Shown here: one piece after another, positions 50,018-57,756 of the stretch
Position numbering within the stretch: position 1 is the stretch's first letter
How the letters are laid out: the number at the start of each line of letters is the position of its first letter
NCBI GenBank assembly: GCA_041690395.1
Contig: JAWLHJ010000003.1
Span: 192,001-256,000, forward strand
Source of the DNA: Longimicrobiales bacterium
GTDB taxonomy: Bacteria; Gemmatimonadota; Gemmatimonadetes; Longimicrobiales; Gaopeijiaceae
Length of the DNA: 64,000 bases
Reading direction: 5' to 3'
The notes under the pieces: model-generated
The model's input: the letters and a program-made list of their open reading frames with translations, nothing else
Databases searched by the model: none
Told to the model about the DNA's origin: nothing
Position numbers and translations under genes: made by a program

Positions 50018-51796
50018 ATGCGAGCCCACGCCGGACGTGCACGCGCCGGTGCGAAGGCGGCCGCTGCCGCCGTTCTCGGCCTCCTCGCCTCTTCGCCCCC
50101 CACGCTCGCCCAGGACACGCCCGACGCGGCGGCCGTCGTCGAGGCGATGCGCGAGCGCCAGGAAGAGTTCGAGCGGTTCCGCGAGAGCCGCATTCCCGTG
50201 GAGGTCGACCGCCGGCCGGCCGCGTGCGACGAGCAGATCGGTCGCATCTGCATCTGGTTCGGCGGCGACGACGAGGCGGACTTCCCCGGCGAACTCCGGG
50301 AGGTCGGCCAGGCGCGCGTCGAGCTCATCCGTGAGCTCTCGGGCGCGTTCGCGCAGGTGCCCGATCGATGGCTGCTCGGCCAGTGGGTGCACTACCTGGT
50401 GGAGAGCCGGAACATGGGCGAGGCGGAGCGAGTGGCCGAAGAGTGCGGCATCGCGGACGCCTGGTGGTGCGACGCGCTGCTCGGGTACGTCTATCACGTC
50501 TGGACCCGCTACGTCGACGCCGAGCGGTCGTTCCGCGACGCGTTGGCCTCGATGCCCGACTCGGTCCATCACGAATGGACCACCCCGCGCTACGTCTTCA
50601 CCGAAGACGCGGTGGCCACCTTCAACGACGCCCCGCCCGCGGAGCGCAACCTGCGTTGGGAGACGCTCTGGCGCCTGTCCGACCCGCTCTTCGTGTTCGA
50701 GGGCAACGACCGTCTCACCGACCACTACGCCCGGCTCGTGCTCGCCGAGAATCGCCGGGACGCCGCACATCCGCAGAACATCGAGTGGGAAGAGGATCTC
50801 GAGGAGTCGCTCGTCCGCTACGGCATCAACATGGGCTACAGCCGGACCCACGATCCGGCGCGTGCGTTCGGCACCCTGCAGGATACCCGCCGCGTCGTGG
50901 GCCATCATCATCCCATGAGCCGCGGATACCTCTTCCCCGAGCAGTACCTCGAGTCCCCGTCGGATATCCCCCCGGAAACCTGGATCACGGCGCCGCGCGA
51001 GGCCCGCACCTGGTACGCCCCGCCGTACGCACCGGACATCCGTGGCCTGGAGACGCAGGTGGGTCGTTTCCGCAGGGATGACCGCATGCTCGTCGTCGGA
51101 GCCTACCGCCCGACGATCGCCGTCGACGAGGACGACGTGGTGTCGGCGTGGGGTCCCCAGGGCAACGCCGACGGTCCGGCCGGCGCCGCGCTCTTCCTGG
51201 TGCCCACGGACGGAGGCGCGTGGACGTACGTACAGGGAGACCAGCCCGAGGGCGTGCTCGCGATGGAGGCACCGCCAGGGCGGTACGTGAGCAGCCTGGA
51301 GGTCGTGGACCTCGACGGGGGCCGTGCCTGGCGAGCCCGGCAGGGCGTGGTGCAGTCCGAGCTCGCGCCCGGGCTGGTGGCCGTGTCGGACCTCATGATC
51401 CTGCGGGAAGGCGCGAGGCTCCCGGAGTCGCTGGAGCAGGCGATCCCGGACGTGCGTCCCGGCGTGCGCATCCGTGTCGGTGAGCGATTCCCGGTGGTTT
51501 GGGAGGTGTACGGGCTCGGCGTGAGGGAGCCGGTCACGGTGACCATCGGGTTCAGCCGCGGGCGGCCGGGATTCCTGGAGCGCGTGGGCGCGTTCCTGGG
51601 CGTGATCGAGCCCGAGCGACCGGTGGAGGTCACCTTCGACGAGAGCGGTCCCGAGGACCTCGTCCAGGCGGTCTTCCGCTCGATCGAGCTGGAGCTGCCC
51701 GACCTCGATCCCGGTGACTACACGCTGCACCTGCAGCTCGAGCTGCCCGGGCGTGACCCGGTGGTGGCGAGCCGCCCGATCGTGGTGGTGGAGTGA
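50018..51796 (+). CDS. Exported protein with a GWxTD-domain-like core
   Basis: Signal peptide; ERNLRWETLWRLSDPLF...NDRLTDHYARL...LVRYG resembles GWxTD domains; C-terminal beta domain (VSDLMI, VVWEVYGL, LDPGDYTLHL). Confidence 0.65.
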   Translation: MRAHAGRARAGAKAAAAAVLGLLASSPPTLAQDTPDAAAVVEAMRERQEEFERFRESRIPVEVDRRPAACDEQIGRICIWFGGDDEADFPGELREVGQARVELIRELSGAFAQVPDRWLLGQWVHYLVESRNMGEAERVAEECGIADAWWCDALLGYVYHVWTRYVDAERSFRDALASMPDSVHHEWTTPRYVFTEDAVATFNDAPPAERNLRWETLWRLSDPLFVFEGNDRLTDHYARLVLAENRRDAAHPQNIEWEEDLEESLVRYGINMGYSRTHDPARAFGTLQDTRRVVGHHHPMSRGYLFPEQYLESPSDIPPETWITAPREARTWYAPPYAPDIRGLETQVGRFRRDDRMLVVGAYRPTIAVDEDDVVSAWGPQGNADGPAGAALFLVPTDGGAWTYVQGDQPEGVLAMEAPPGRYVSSLEVVDLDGGRAWRARQGVVQSELAPGLVAVSDLMILREGARLPESLEQAIPDVRPGVRIRVGERFPVVWEVYGLGVREPVTVTIGFSRGRPGFLERVGAFLGVIEPERPVEVTFDESGPEDLVQAVFRSIELELPDLDPGDYTLHLQLELPGRDPVVASRPIVVVE

Positions 51797-51913
51797 GCGC
51801 GCGCGGTACGTAGCGGCACGTGAGTGCGTACGAAGTGGATCGTATGGGACGCGTCGAGCGCGTGGGACACATTGGAGGCGTGATCGAGAACCCTCGTCGT
51901 TCCGGGAGGCCCC

Positions 51914-52309
51914 ATGCCATCGCTTCCATCGCGTGTCGTCGCCGTGTCGCTCTTGTTGCTCACCGTTCCGGCGTCCGGGTGCAGGGCCTGGCGAGCCTCT
52001 GACGCCCCGCCGCGCCTTCTGATCGAAGAGGGTCGGCCTGCCACGCTCCGCGTCACGCAGTCGAACGGAGACCACGTCTACCTGAGGGCGCCCGCGATGT
52101 CCGGCGATACCGTGGTGGGCGACCGGCTGAAGCGCGGTCCGGCTCCCGTCCCCATCGCGATCCCGATGGAGCGGGTGAGTGAGCTGGCCACTTCGGAGTT
52201 CAGTGGAGGGCGCACCGTACTCGCGATCCTGGTGCCCGTGGCCGGGATCCTCGCGATCATCGGTTCCCAGCTGGAGTTCAGCGGGGGTTGGGGCTCCGGC
52301 TCGTACTGA
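51914..52309 (+). CDS. Hypothetical lipoprotein with C-terminal hydrophobic helix
   Basis: GGAGG RBS; LLLLTVPASGC lipobox-like; FSGGRTVLAILVPVAGILAII tail. Confidence 0.65.
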   Translation: MPSLPSRVVAVSLLLLTVPASGCRAWRASDAPPRLLIEEGRPATLRVTQSNGDHVYLRAPAMSGDTVVGDRLKRGPAPVPIAIPMERVSELATSEFSGGRTVLAILVPVAGILAIIGSQLEFSGGWGSGSY

Positions 52310-52321
52310 GCTTGAGCCCGC

Positions 52322-52984
52322 TCACTTCGGAATCGAGCTATCCGAGATCCAGCGGTGACCGAAGAACGACGACGCCGCACACGCTGTGAAGTGGAGCACG
52401 CCGGCGGCGACCACGCGCTGCGGCTCACGAACCCAGAGGCCGCTCGACGGCAGATCGGCGGCGGCCCGGGCGGCCACGTCGATGCCGAGCTCCGGCATCG
52501 GGACCAGGGTCGTGAACATCACGGCGAACAGGTAGGACATGGTGATCGCCGCCCAGCCCTTCCGCATGCGGAGCGCCTGTTCCTCCGAGGGCGCCCGGTC
52601 GAAGAGCACGCCGAGCGAGCGGTTGAGGGTCAGGCCCCAGAACGCGATGAGCGGCCACCAGGTGCCGAACGAGAGGGCGAAGCCTCCGACGAACAGCGTG
52701 TAGAACGCGCCGAATCCGAGGATGACCTTCACCCGCGCGGCCCGGCTCCCCTGCCCCAGCGTCGCCGCGCCCATGAAGCCGGTCGAATGCACCACGATGA
52801 ACTCCAGCAGCATCGTGAGCAGCGCCGCGCTCAAGGGGAGCGCGAGCGAGGCTTCGGGGGTCAGCCAGGTGAGGAGGAAGAGCGCGGCGAGGGTGAGGTC
52901 GCCGGAGGCGTCGAGGATGCGGGACAGGGGCCGCTCATGTGTGGGAGGGGCCGACGTCGCCGGAGCGGACGACCCTTCAAGCAC
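52322..52984 (-). CDS. Hypothetical integral membrane protein (about 6 TM)
   Basis: Several hydrophobic helices, LLEFIVVHSTGF motif; GTG at 52984 with GGAG RBS overlaps the upstream NTPase stop (alternative ATG at 53035). Confidence 0.75.
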   Translation of the reverse strand: MLEGSSAPATSAPPTHERPLSRILDASGDLTLAALFLLTWLTPEASLALPLSAALLTMLLEFIVVHSTGFMGAATLGQGSRAARVKVILGFGAFYTLFVGGFALSFGTWWPLIAFWGLTLNRSLGVLFDRAPSEEQALRMRKGWAAITMSYLFAVMFTTLVPMPELGIDVAARAAADLPSSGLWVREPQRVVAAGVLHFTACAASSFFGHRWISDSSIPK

Positions 52985-55850
52985 CGGCTCCGTCCCCTTC
53001 CACACTCTGCACGAAGACGTCCAGTCCTCTCCCATGGCCCATGGCCCGGAGCTCCTGTTGGATGTCGCCGACCTTCGGGTCCGGCCTCAGCGAGAGGTCG
53101 TAGGCGAACGCGCACAGGTGGCCCACCTTCCGGGACTTTCGCTGCGTCATTCCCTGGACGTAGGTGTCGCGGTCCTCGTCGATATTGGGACTCTCATATC
53201 CGGTCCGGTCGAGGGCGTCTTCCAGCAATACATCGGCCAGAAGCAGCGTGACCCGGTCCTGGCTCAGAGCGCGGTACCGGGGAAGCCCGATGAAACGACG
53301 CGTGGTCCCCCGGGGCTGGAACGTAAACTCCCGGGGTGCATCCAGGAGCGTGACCGTCACGTCGCCGCGGGTCAGAGGCTCCACCAGCTCCGGGCCGTCA
53401 CACTCCGGGGCCGACGCCAGGATCCGCACACCCTCGGAGAGCAGATGCTGGGCCGTCACGTCGTCGAGGGACGGTCTCACCCCGGGGTTCAACGAAAGCT
53501 CCCTCACCGGGTCCGCGGGCGGCACGGCGCTGTCCGGCGCGGCTTCTTCGTCATAGTCGTCCCATCCCTGCCAATAGAAGTGCTCGGAACGTGGACGCAG
53601 CGCTCGGAGGTAGGCCTGCTCGTCCACCGTCACACGCCCGTCCCCACCGACGACGAACGTCGCCTCGAACAACGATCCTCGGTGAGCCACGAGGGCCTGG
53701 ATACGGGCCAGGTTGGCCTCCGGGTCCCAGCTCAAGGATGGCGGAGCGGGCTCGGAGTCGGTCCACGTCCCTCCCTCCCCGTACGGTCCGGCCGGCAGAT
53801 CGAGCTCCGGTCCGTGGACGAGGCACGTGGTTCCGTCCTCGTGGCAGATGCTGGCCAGATAGAAGCGGAGATAGGGAAGCGCGGTCGCCTGGTCGACCAC
53901 GACGGAGGCCGCCCGGTTGACACGCTCCACGGCCTCGGGCGTGCCATCGAGGAGGATGAAGGACGTGCCGTCGGTGGCGTAGTCGAAGCGGGGGCTCGGC
54001 ATCGCGTCGTAGTCCTGCAGGCGGAGCCCGACCCAGCCCGGATAGAACGGCGTGGATTCGACCGAAAAGGCGGTGTACCGAGGGTTGAAGGGGATCACGC
54101 GGTCACCCACACGGGTCTGCCAATCCCGTGCGAGATCGGCGGCGCGAAGGATCTGCCCCGTCCGCTGATAGTGCTCGATGGCGAACGGGAGCCCGCGGAT
54201 GCCCAGCGGTGTCGAACGCCGGTCCTCCTCCAGGAAGACGAGGAGCAGGTTCTCCCGTTCCGAGTCGGAAAGGGCGGTATACCGCTCCCCTCCGAGCCAC
54301 GAGTCCGCGGTCCGTGCGAGGGAGGCCCTCAGCTCCGTGACGTCGAGGGAATGACGCCTGCAGAGCCGCTCCATGTATCCCAGGGCCAGGTCGCGAAAGA
54401 GCACGAACCGGAACTCCCGCTCGAGGCCGCGGCTGGACAGGATAGCGTGGGGCATCTCCGCCCGCTCCAGGCAACCGGCGTACTCGTCCGCCGGCCGCAG
54501 GGCCACCTGGGCTCCGAGCTCCCGTGCCAGGTCCGCCAGAAAGCGCACCCCCTGCAGACTCGCCAGAGCCAGCACTTCCCGGATGGCCGGGGAGAGCCGC
54601 CGATAGCGCCCCTCCTGGAGCCTCCGCAACTCGAAGCCGGCCATCTCCTCGTCCAACTCGGCGATCGCCATGGAGTCGAGCGGGCCCCGGGGGTCTCCGT
54701 CCTCGAAGAGGTCGGGCTCGGCCTCGAGGTAGAGGATGATCTCGGCGAGCAAGCGCGGGTTGCCGTCCGCCCGGGCCACGAGTGCGTCCAGCTGATCGGG
54801 CGTCAGGCCGGGAAACGCGGCGGTGAACACACGCTGGGCCTCGGGGAGGCCCTCGAGGTCGCGGATCCCACAGGCATCCCCGGTCGCGGCAGCGAGGGTG
54901 GCGTAGAGCGCCGGAAAGGATCGCGATTCCGCGGGTGCATCCTCCTCGACCCGCGGCGCCGTCGCGGTGAGCTGCTCGTGCCACTCCCGCTCCCAATGCG
55001 TGGCGACGATCATCAACGGTAAGCCCTCTTCCACGGCCTCCAGGAAGAGACGCTCCACGACCTCCGCGGACCGGGGGTCGATCCACTGGGCGTCGTCGAG
55101 GACGAGCACCACGGGCATGGCGCCGGAGCCGCTGCGATGGAAGGGCTTCAGCACCCACCGGAGGAAGGCGACGACCTGGTCCACCTGCTCGGCGAGCGCT
55201 TCGGCCTCCCGTTCGGCGGGCGGCTTCCGGAGGCGGGCGAACTCGGCGCTCGCATCCCGAGCCGCGGTACCGATCCCCAGGACGGCTCCACCCACACCGG
55301 TGGCGAGCTTCACCAGGCCCAACAACGGAAACGCCGCGATGGCCGTGTCCCGCGCCAACTCGAGGGCCGCGCTGCCTACCGCGCCTCCGAGCTTCACCGT
55401 GGCCGCGGCCGTGTCCTTGAAGAGCGTCAGCTGTTCCCAGTGGGGATGCAGCATCTGACGCTGGTCGAAGAACGCGCAGTGGGTCAGCTCTCCCTGGTTT
55501 CGGGCGTCCGGCGGCATCCACCGCAGGCCCCACCAGAGGTAGGCCATTTTCTCACCCAGAACCTGGGCCTCGAGGTCCGGGTTGAGCCTCAGGTTGTCCC
55601 CGGTCATGAGGTCGTCCGGCCAGTAGCCATGGGGATCGGCCACGTCGCTGCGGGACAGCCACGCGTAGAACGCCTGCACGATCCTCGTCTTGCCGAGGCC
55701 GCTCTCGCCCCGGACCACGCACAGCCGGGGCTCGCCGGCCACGACCCGCTCCCACGACTCCTGAAGCCACGTCAACTCCTCATCCCGACCCACGAACAGC
55801 GAGCGCCACGATGTGGAGCTCGCGTGGGTGGGCGTGGAATCAGGGCTCAT
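52977..55850 (-). CDS. STAND-class (AAA_16-like) P-loop NTPase with unassigned C-terminal domains
   Basis: FVGRDEEL, Walker A GESGLGKT, Walker B LVLDDAQW, ADGNPRLL (GxP), winged-helix-like RLSPAIREVLALASLQG; no LuxR, cyclase or kinase domain recognised. Confidence 0.82.
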   Translation of the reverse strand: MSPDSTPTHASSTSWRSLFVGRDEELTWLQESWERVVAGEPRLCVVRGESGLGKTRIVQAFYAWLSRSDVADPHGYWPDDLMTGDNLRLNPDLEAQVLGEKMAYLWWGLRWMPPDARNQGELTHCAFFDQRQMLHPHWEQLTLFKDTAAATVKLGGAVGSAALELARDTAIAAFPLLGLVKLATGVGGAVLGIGTAARDASAEFARLRKPPAEREAEALAEQVDQVVAFLRWVLKPFHRSGSGAMPVVLVLDDAQWIDPRSAEVVERLFLEAVEEGLPLMIVATHWEREWHEQLTATAPRVEEDAPAESRSFPALYATLAAATGDACGIRDLEGLPEAQRVFTAAFPGLTPDQLDALVARADGNPRLLAEIILYLEAEPDLFEDGDPRGPLDSMAIAELDEEMAGFELRRLQEGRYRRLSPAIREVLALASLQGVRFLADLARELGAQVALRPADEYAGCLERAEMPHAILSSRGLEREFRFVLFRDLALGYMERLCRRHSLDVTELRASLARTADSWLGGERYTALSDSERENLLLVFLEEDRRSTPLGIRGLPFAIEHYQRTGQILRAADLARDWQTRVGDRVIPFNPRYTAFSVESTPFYPGWVGLRLQDYDAMPSPRFDYATDGTSFILLDGTPEAVERVNRAASVVVDQATALPYLRFYLASICHEDGTTCLVHGPELDLPAGPYGEGGTWTDSEPAPPSLSWDPEANLARIQALVAHRGSLFEATFVVGGDGRVTVDEQAYLRALRPRSEHFYWQGWDDYDEEAAPDSAVPPADPVRELSLNPGVRPSLDDVTAQHLLSEGVRILASAPECDGPELVEPLTRGDVTVTLLDAPREFTFQPRGTTRRFIGLPRYRALSQDRVTLLLADVLLEDALDRTGYESPNIDEDRDTYVQGMTQRKSRKVGHLCAFAYDLSLRPDPKVGDIQQELRAMGHGRGLDVFVQSVEGDGAGA

Positions 55851-57132
55851 CGGGACCGGACGGGTTCAGGCTCCGGAAGCCGATTCGGGGCTGGCGGGAT
55901 CCCGGGCGGGACTCGGGGAGGTGCAGGTCCTCGCTCGCGATGGCCATGAGCTCGTCCATCTCGATCTCGCCGTCTTCGGCGGCACGAAGGGCCATGCGGG
56001 TATACGCCCGCTCGAACAGGGACCGGGCGAAACGCGCATTGCCGAACGTCTCGTCCCGGGCCACCTCGCGGAACACCTCGTGCGCCTTCTGGAGGACCGT
56101 CTCCTCGAGACGCAGTCCGGCGCCGTTGGCGAGGCTCTCGAAGATCCGCGTCAGCTCCTCCGGGGCGTAGTCCGGAAAGTGGATGACGGTCTTGAATCGA
56201 CTGCGCAGACCGGGGTTCGAGGCAAGGAAGCGGTCCATCTCCTCCTCGTAGCCGGCCACGATCACGGCCAGCTCGTCGCGATGGTCCTCCATGGCCTTCA
56301 CGAGCGTGGCGATGGCCTCGGCCCCGAAGTCCGTGCCGTGGGTAGGCGCCAGCGCGTAGGCTTCGTCGATGAACAGCACGCCCGGCCGGCTCTCCCGGAT
56401 GACCTCCGCGGTACGCAGCGCGGTCTGGCCCACGTAGCCGGCGACGAGATCGGACCGGTCCACCTCGGTCAGCGTCGCGCCAGGCAGGGCGCCACATGCG
56501 GCATAGAGGCGCGCGATCAGGCGCGCGACCGTCGTCTTGCCGGTACCGGGCGAGCCGGTGAACACGAGGTGCAGGCCCGGATTGACCGGCGGGTATCCCG
56601 CTTCCACGCGCGCCTGGTTCGCACGCACGACGGCGATGACGCTGCGGACCTGCGCCTTGACCGATTCGAGCCCGACCAGCCGGTCCAGCTCGGCGAGCAC
56701 GGCATCGACCGTCTCGGTGTCTGATGCACCGGGCGCGTCGCGCGCTCCGGTCGAGTCGGTCGAGGGCGACGGCTCCGAAGTCGTCGGGTGGTTGGCGATC
56801 GGCGAACCGTCATCGCGCGCCGCGGCAGCTCCGTCGGTGGCCCCGCCGGAGGGTCCATCCTCCCCCGACAGGCGAGCCAGAAGAGCCAACGCGTCGTCCG
56901 GCGAGACGATCGCGTCGAGCAACTCCTGCGACTCGGGCGTGACGGTGGGCGGGCCGACCGCCGTACCGTGGGGTCCGAGCGCATCTCTGGCTCGTTCGAT
57001 GAGCGCGGCCGCCTCGGGGCGTCCGCGGAAGTGCACCGCGACGGCGTAGGCCACATGCCTCGGCGTGACCTCCGCATGCGACCGGCTCTTCGCGGCCGTG
57101 ACCGCGGCGTCCGTCAGGTGTAGACGCAGCAT
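55840..57132 (-). CDS. CbxX/SpoVK/EccA-family AAA+ ATPase with a Clp-N-like N-terminus
   Basis: LDRLVGLESVK, HLVFTGSPGTGKTTVAR, DLVAGYVGQTA, GVLFIDEAYAL, VIVAGY, SNPGLRSRF, FPDY, FGNARFARSL; C-terminal IGF. Confidence 0.9.
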   Translation of the reverse strand: MLRLHLTDAAVTAAKSRSHAEVTPRHVAYAVAVHFRGRPEAAALIERARDALGPHGTAVGPPTVTPESQELLDAIVSPDDALALLARLSGEDGPSGGATDGAAAARDDGSPIANHPTTSEPSPSTDSTGARDAPGASDTETVDAVLAELDRLVGLESVKAQVRSVIAVVRANQARVEAGYPPVNPGLHLVFTGSPGTGKTTVARLIARLYAACGALPGATLTEVDRSDLVAGYVGQTALRTAEVIRESRPGVLFIDEAYALAPTHGTDFGAEAIATLVKAMEDHRDELAVIVAGYEEEMDRFLASNPGLRSRFKTVIHFPDYAPEELTRIFESLANGAGLRLEETVLQKAHEVFREVARDETFGNARFARSLFERAYTRMALRAAEDGEIEMDELMAIASEDLHLPESRPGSRQPRIGFRSLNPSGPDEP

Positions 57133-57146
57133 GGCCGCTCCGCCGG

Positions 57147-57599
57147 TCAGTCCGCCGAGCGGGTGCCGCCGAATCTCGGCTGCAGCTCGTCGTCCCAGGT
57201 ATCCGCGGTCGAGAGGAGCGCCCACATGGCGGCCTCGAGCTCAGGCTGGTCGAGCACATCTCCGAGGAGCGTGTGTGAGAAGATCAGATCGACCTTACCC
57301 TCCTCGTTCGACGGGTGGACCTCCACGTGTCCGAACCACCGCGATCCACCCTCGCGGGCCACCCACTCGAAGAGCTCCGACGTGGGCGTCACGCCCCAAA
57401 GGATGGGGGCCGTGACGAGCACGACGGTCCGTGGCTCCCCGTCGTCGGAGGCGCCCCAGTCCTTGACCCAGAGGGTCAGGTAGGTGCTGGTGTCGTCGAA
57501 AGACAGACGGAAACGGTCCCCGTCAAGCATCACCTTGAGACCCATCGGGCCAGTCAGGATCCGCTGGACCCTCATCATGGTCTGCTCCACCGTGGCCAT
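57147..57599 (-). CDS. YbjN / T3SS-chaperone-like domain protein
   Basis: ATG at 57599 after GAGGAG; about 150 aa; VLVTAPIL..V.PT.ELFEWV, FGHV, FSHTLLGDVLDQPEL, TADTWDDELQPRFGG pattern typical of YbjN-like chaperones. Confidence 0.75.
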   Translation of the reverse strand: MATVEQTMMRVQRILTGPMGLKVMLDGDRFRLSFDDTSTYLTLWVKDWGASDDGEPRTVVLVTAPILWGVTPTSELFEWVAREGGSRWFGHVEVHPSNEEGKVDLIFSHTLLGDVLDQPELEAAMWALLSTADTWDDELQPRFGGTRSAD

Positions 57600-57756
57600 G
57601 AGCTCCTCTTCGGACAAAGGATGGGGCGCCACCCTCCGCTCGGGGGGAGCCAAGCCCGTCAGGAGAGCCAACGTGCGGCGGGACGGTACCGGCCGCAAGA
57701 CGCCCTGTGACGCGCAAAGGGTGGGTGCTGGCGCTCCCCCTTCTTAGGTTCTCGGC

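Noticed and set aside
49862..52075. 737-aa minus-strand ORF
   Set aside because: Antisense to the GWxTD-like gene, which has a signal peptide and protein-like composition.
52722..55022. 766-aa plus-strand ORF
   Set aside because: Antisense shadow of the STAND NTPase, which has clear Walker motifs.
55840..57132. CbxX as RuBisCO activase, or EccA of a type VII secretion system
   Set aside because: No cbbL/S, WXG100 or FtsK-like secretion genes nearby, and the N-terminus is not the EccA TPR domain.
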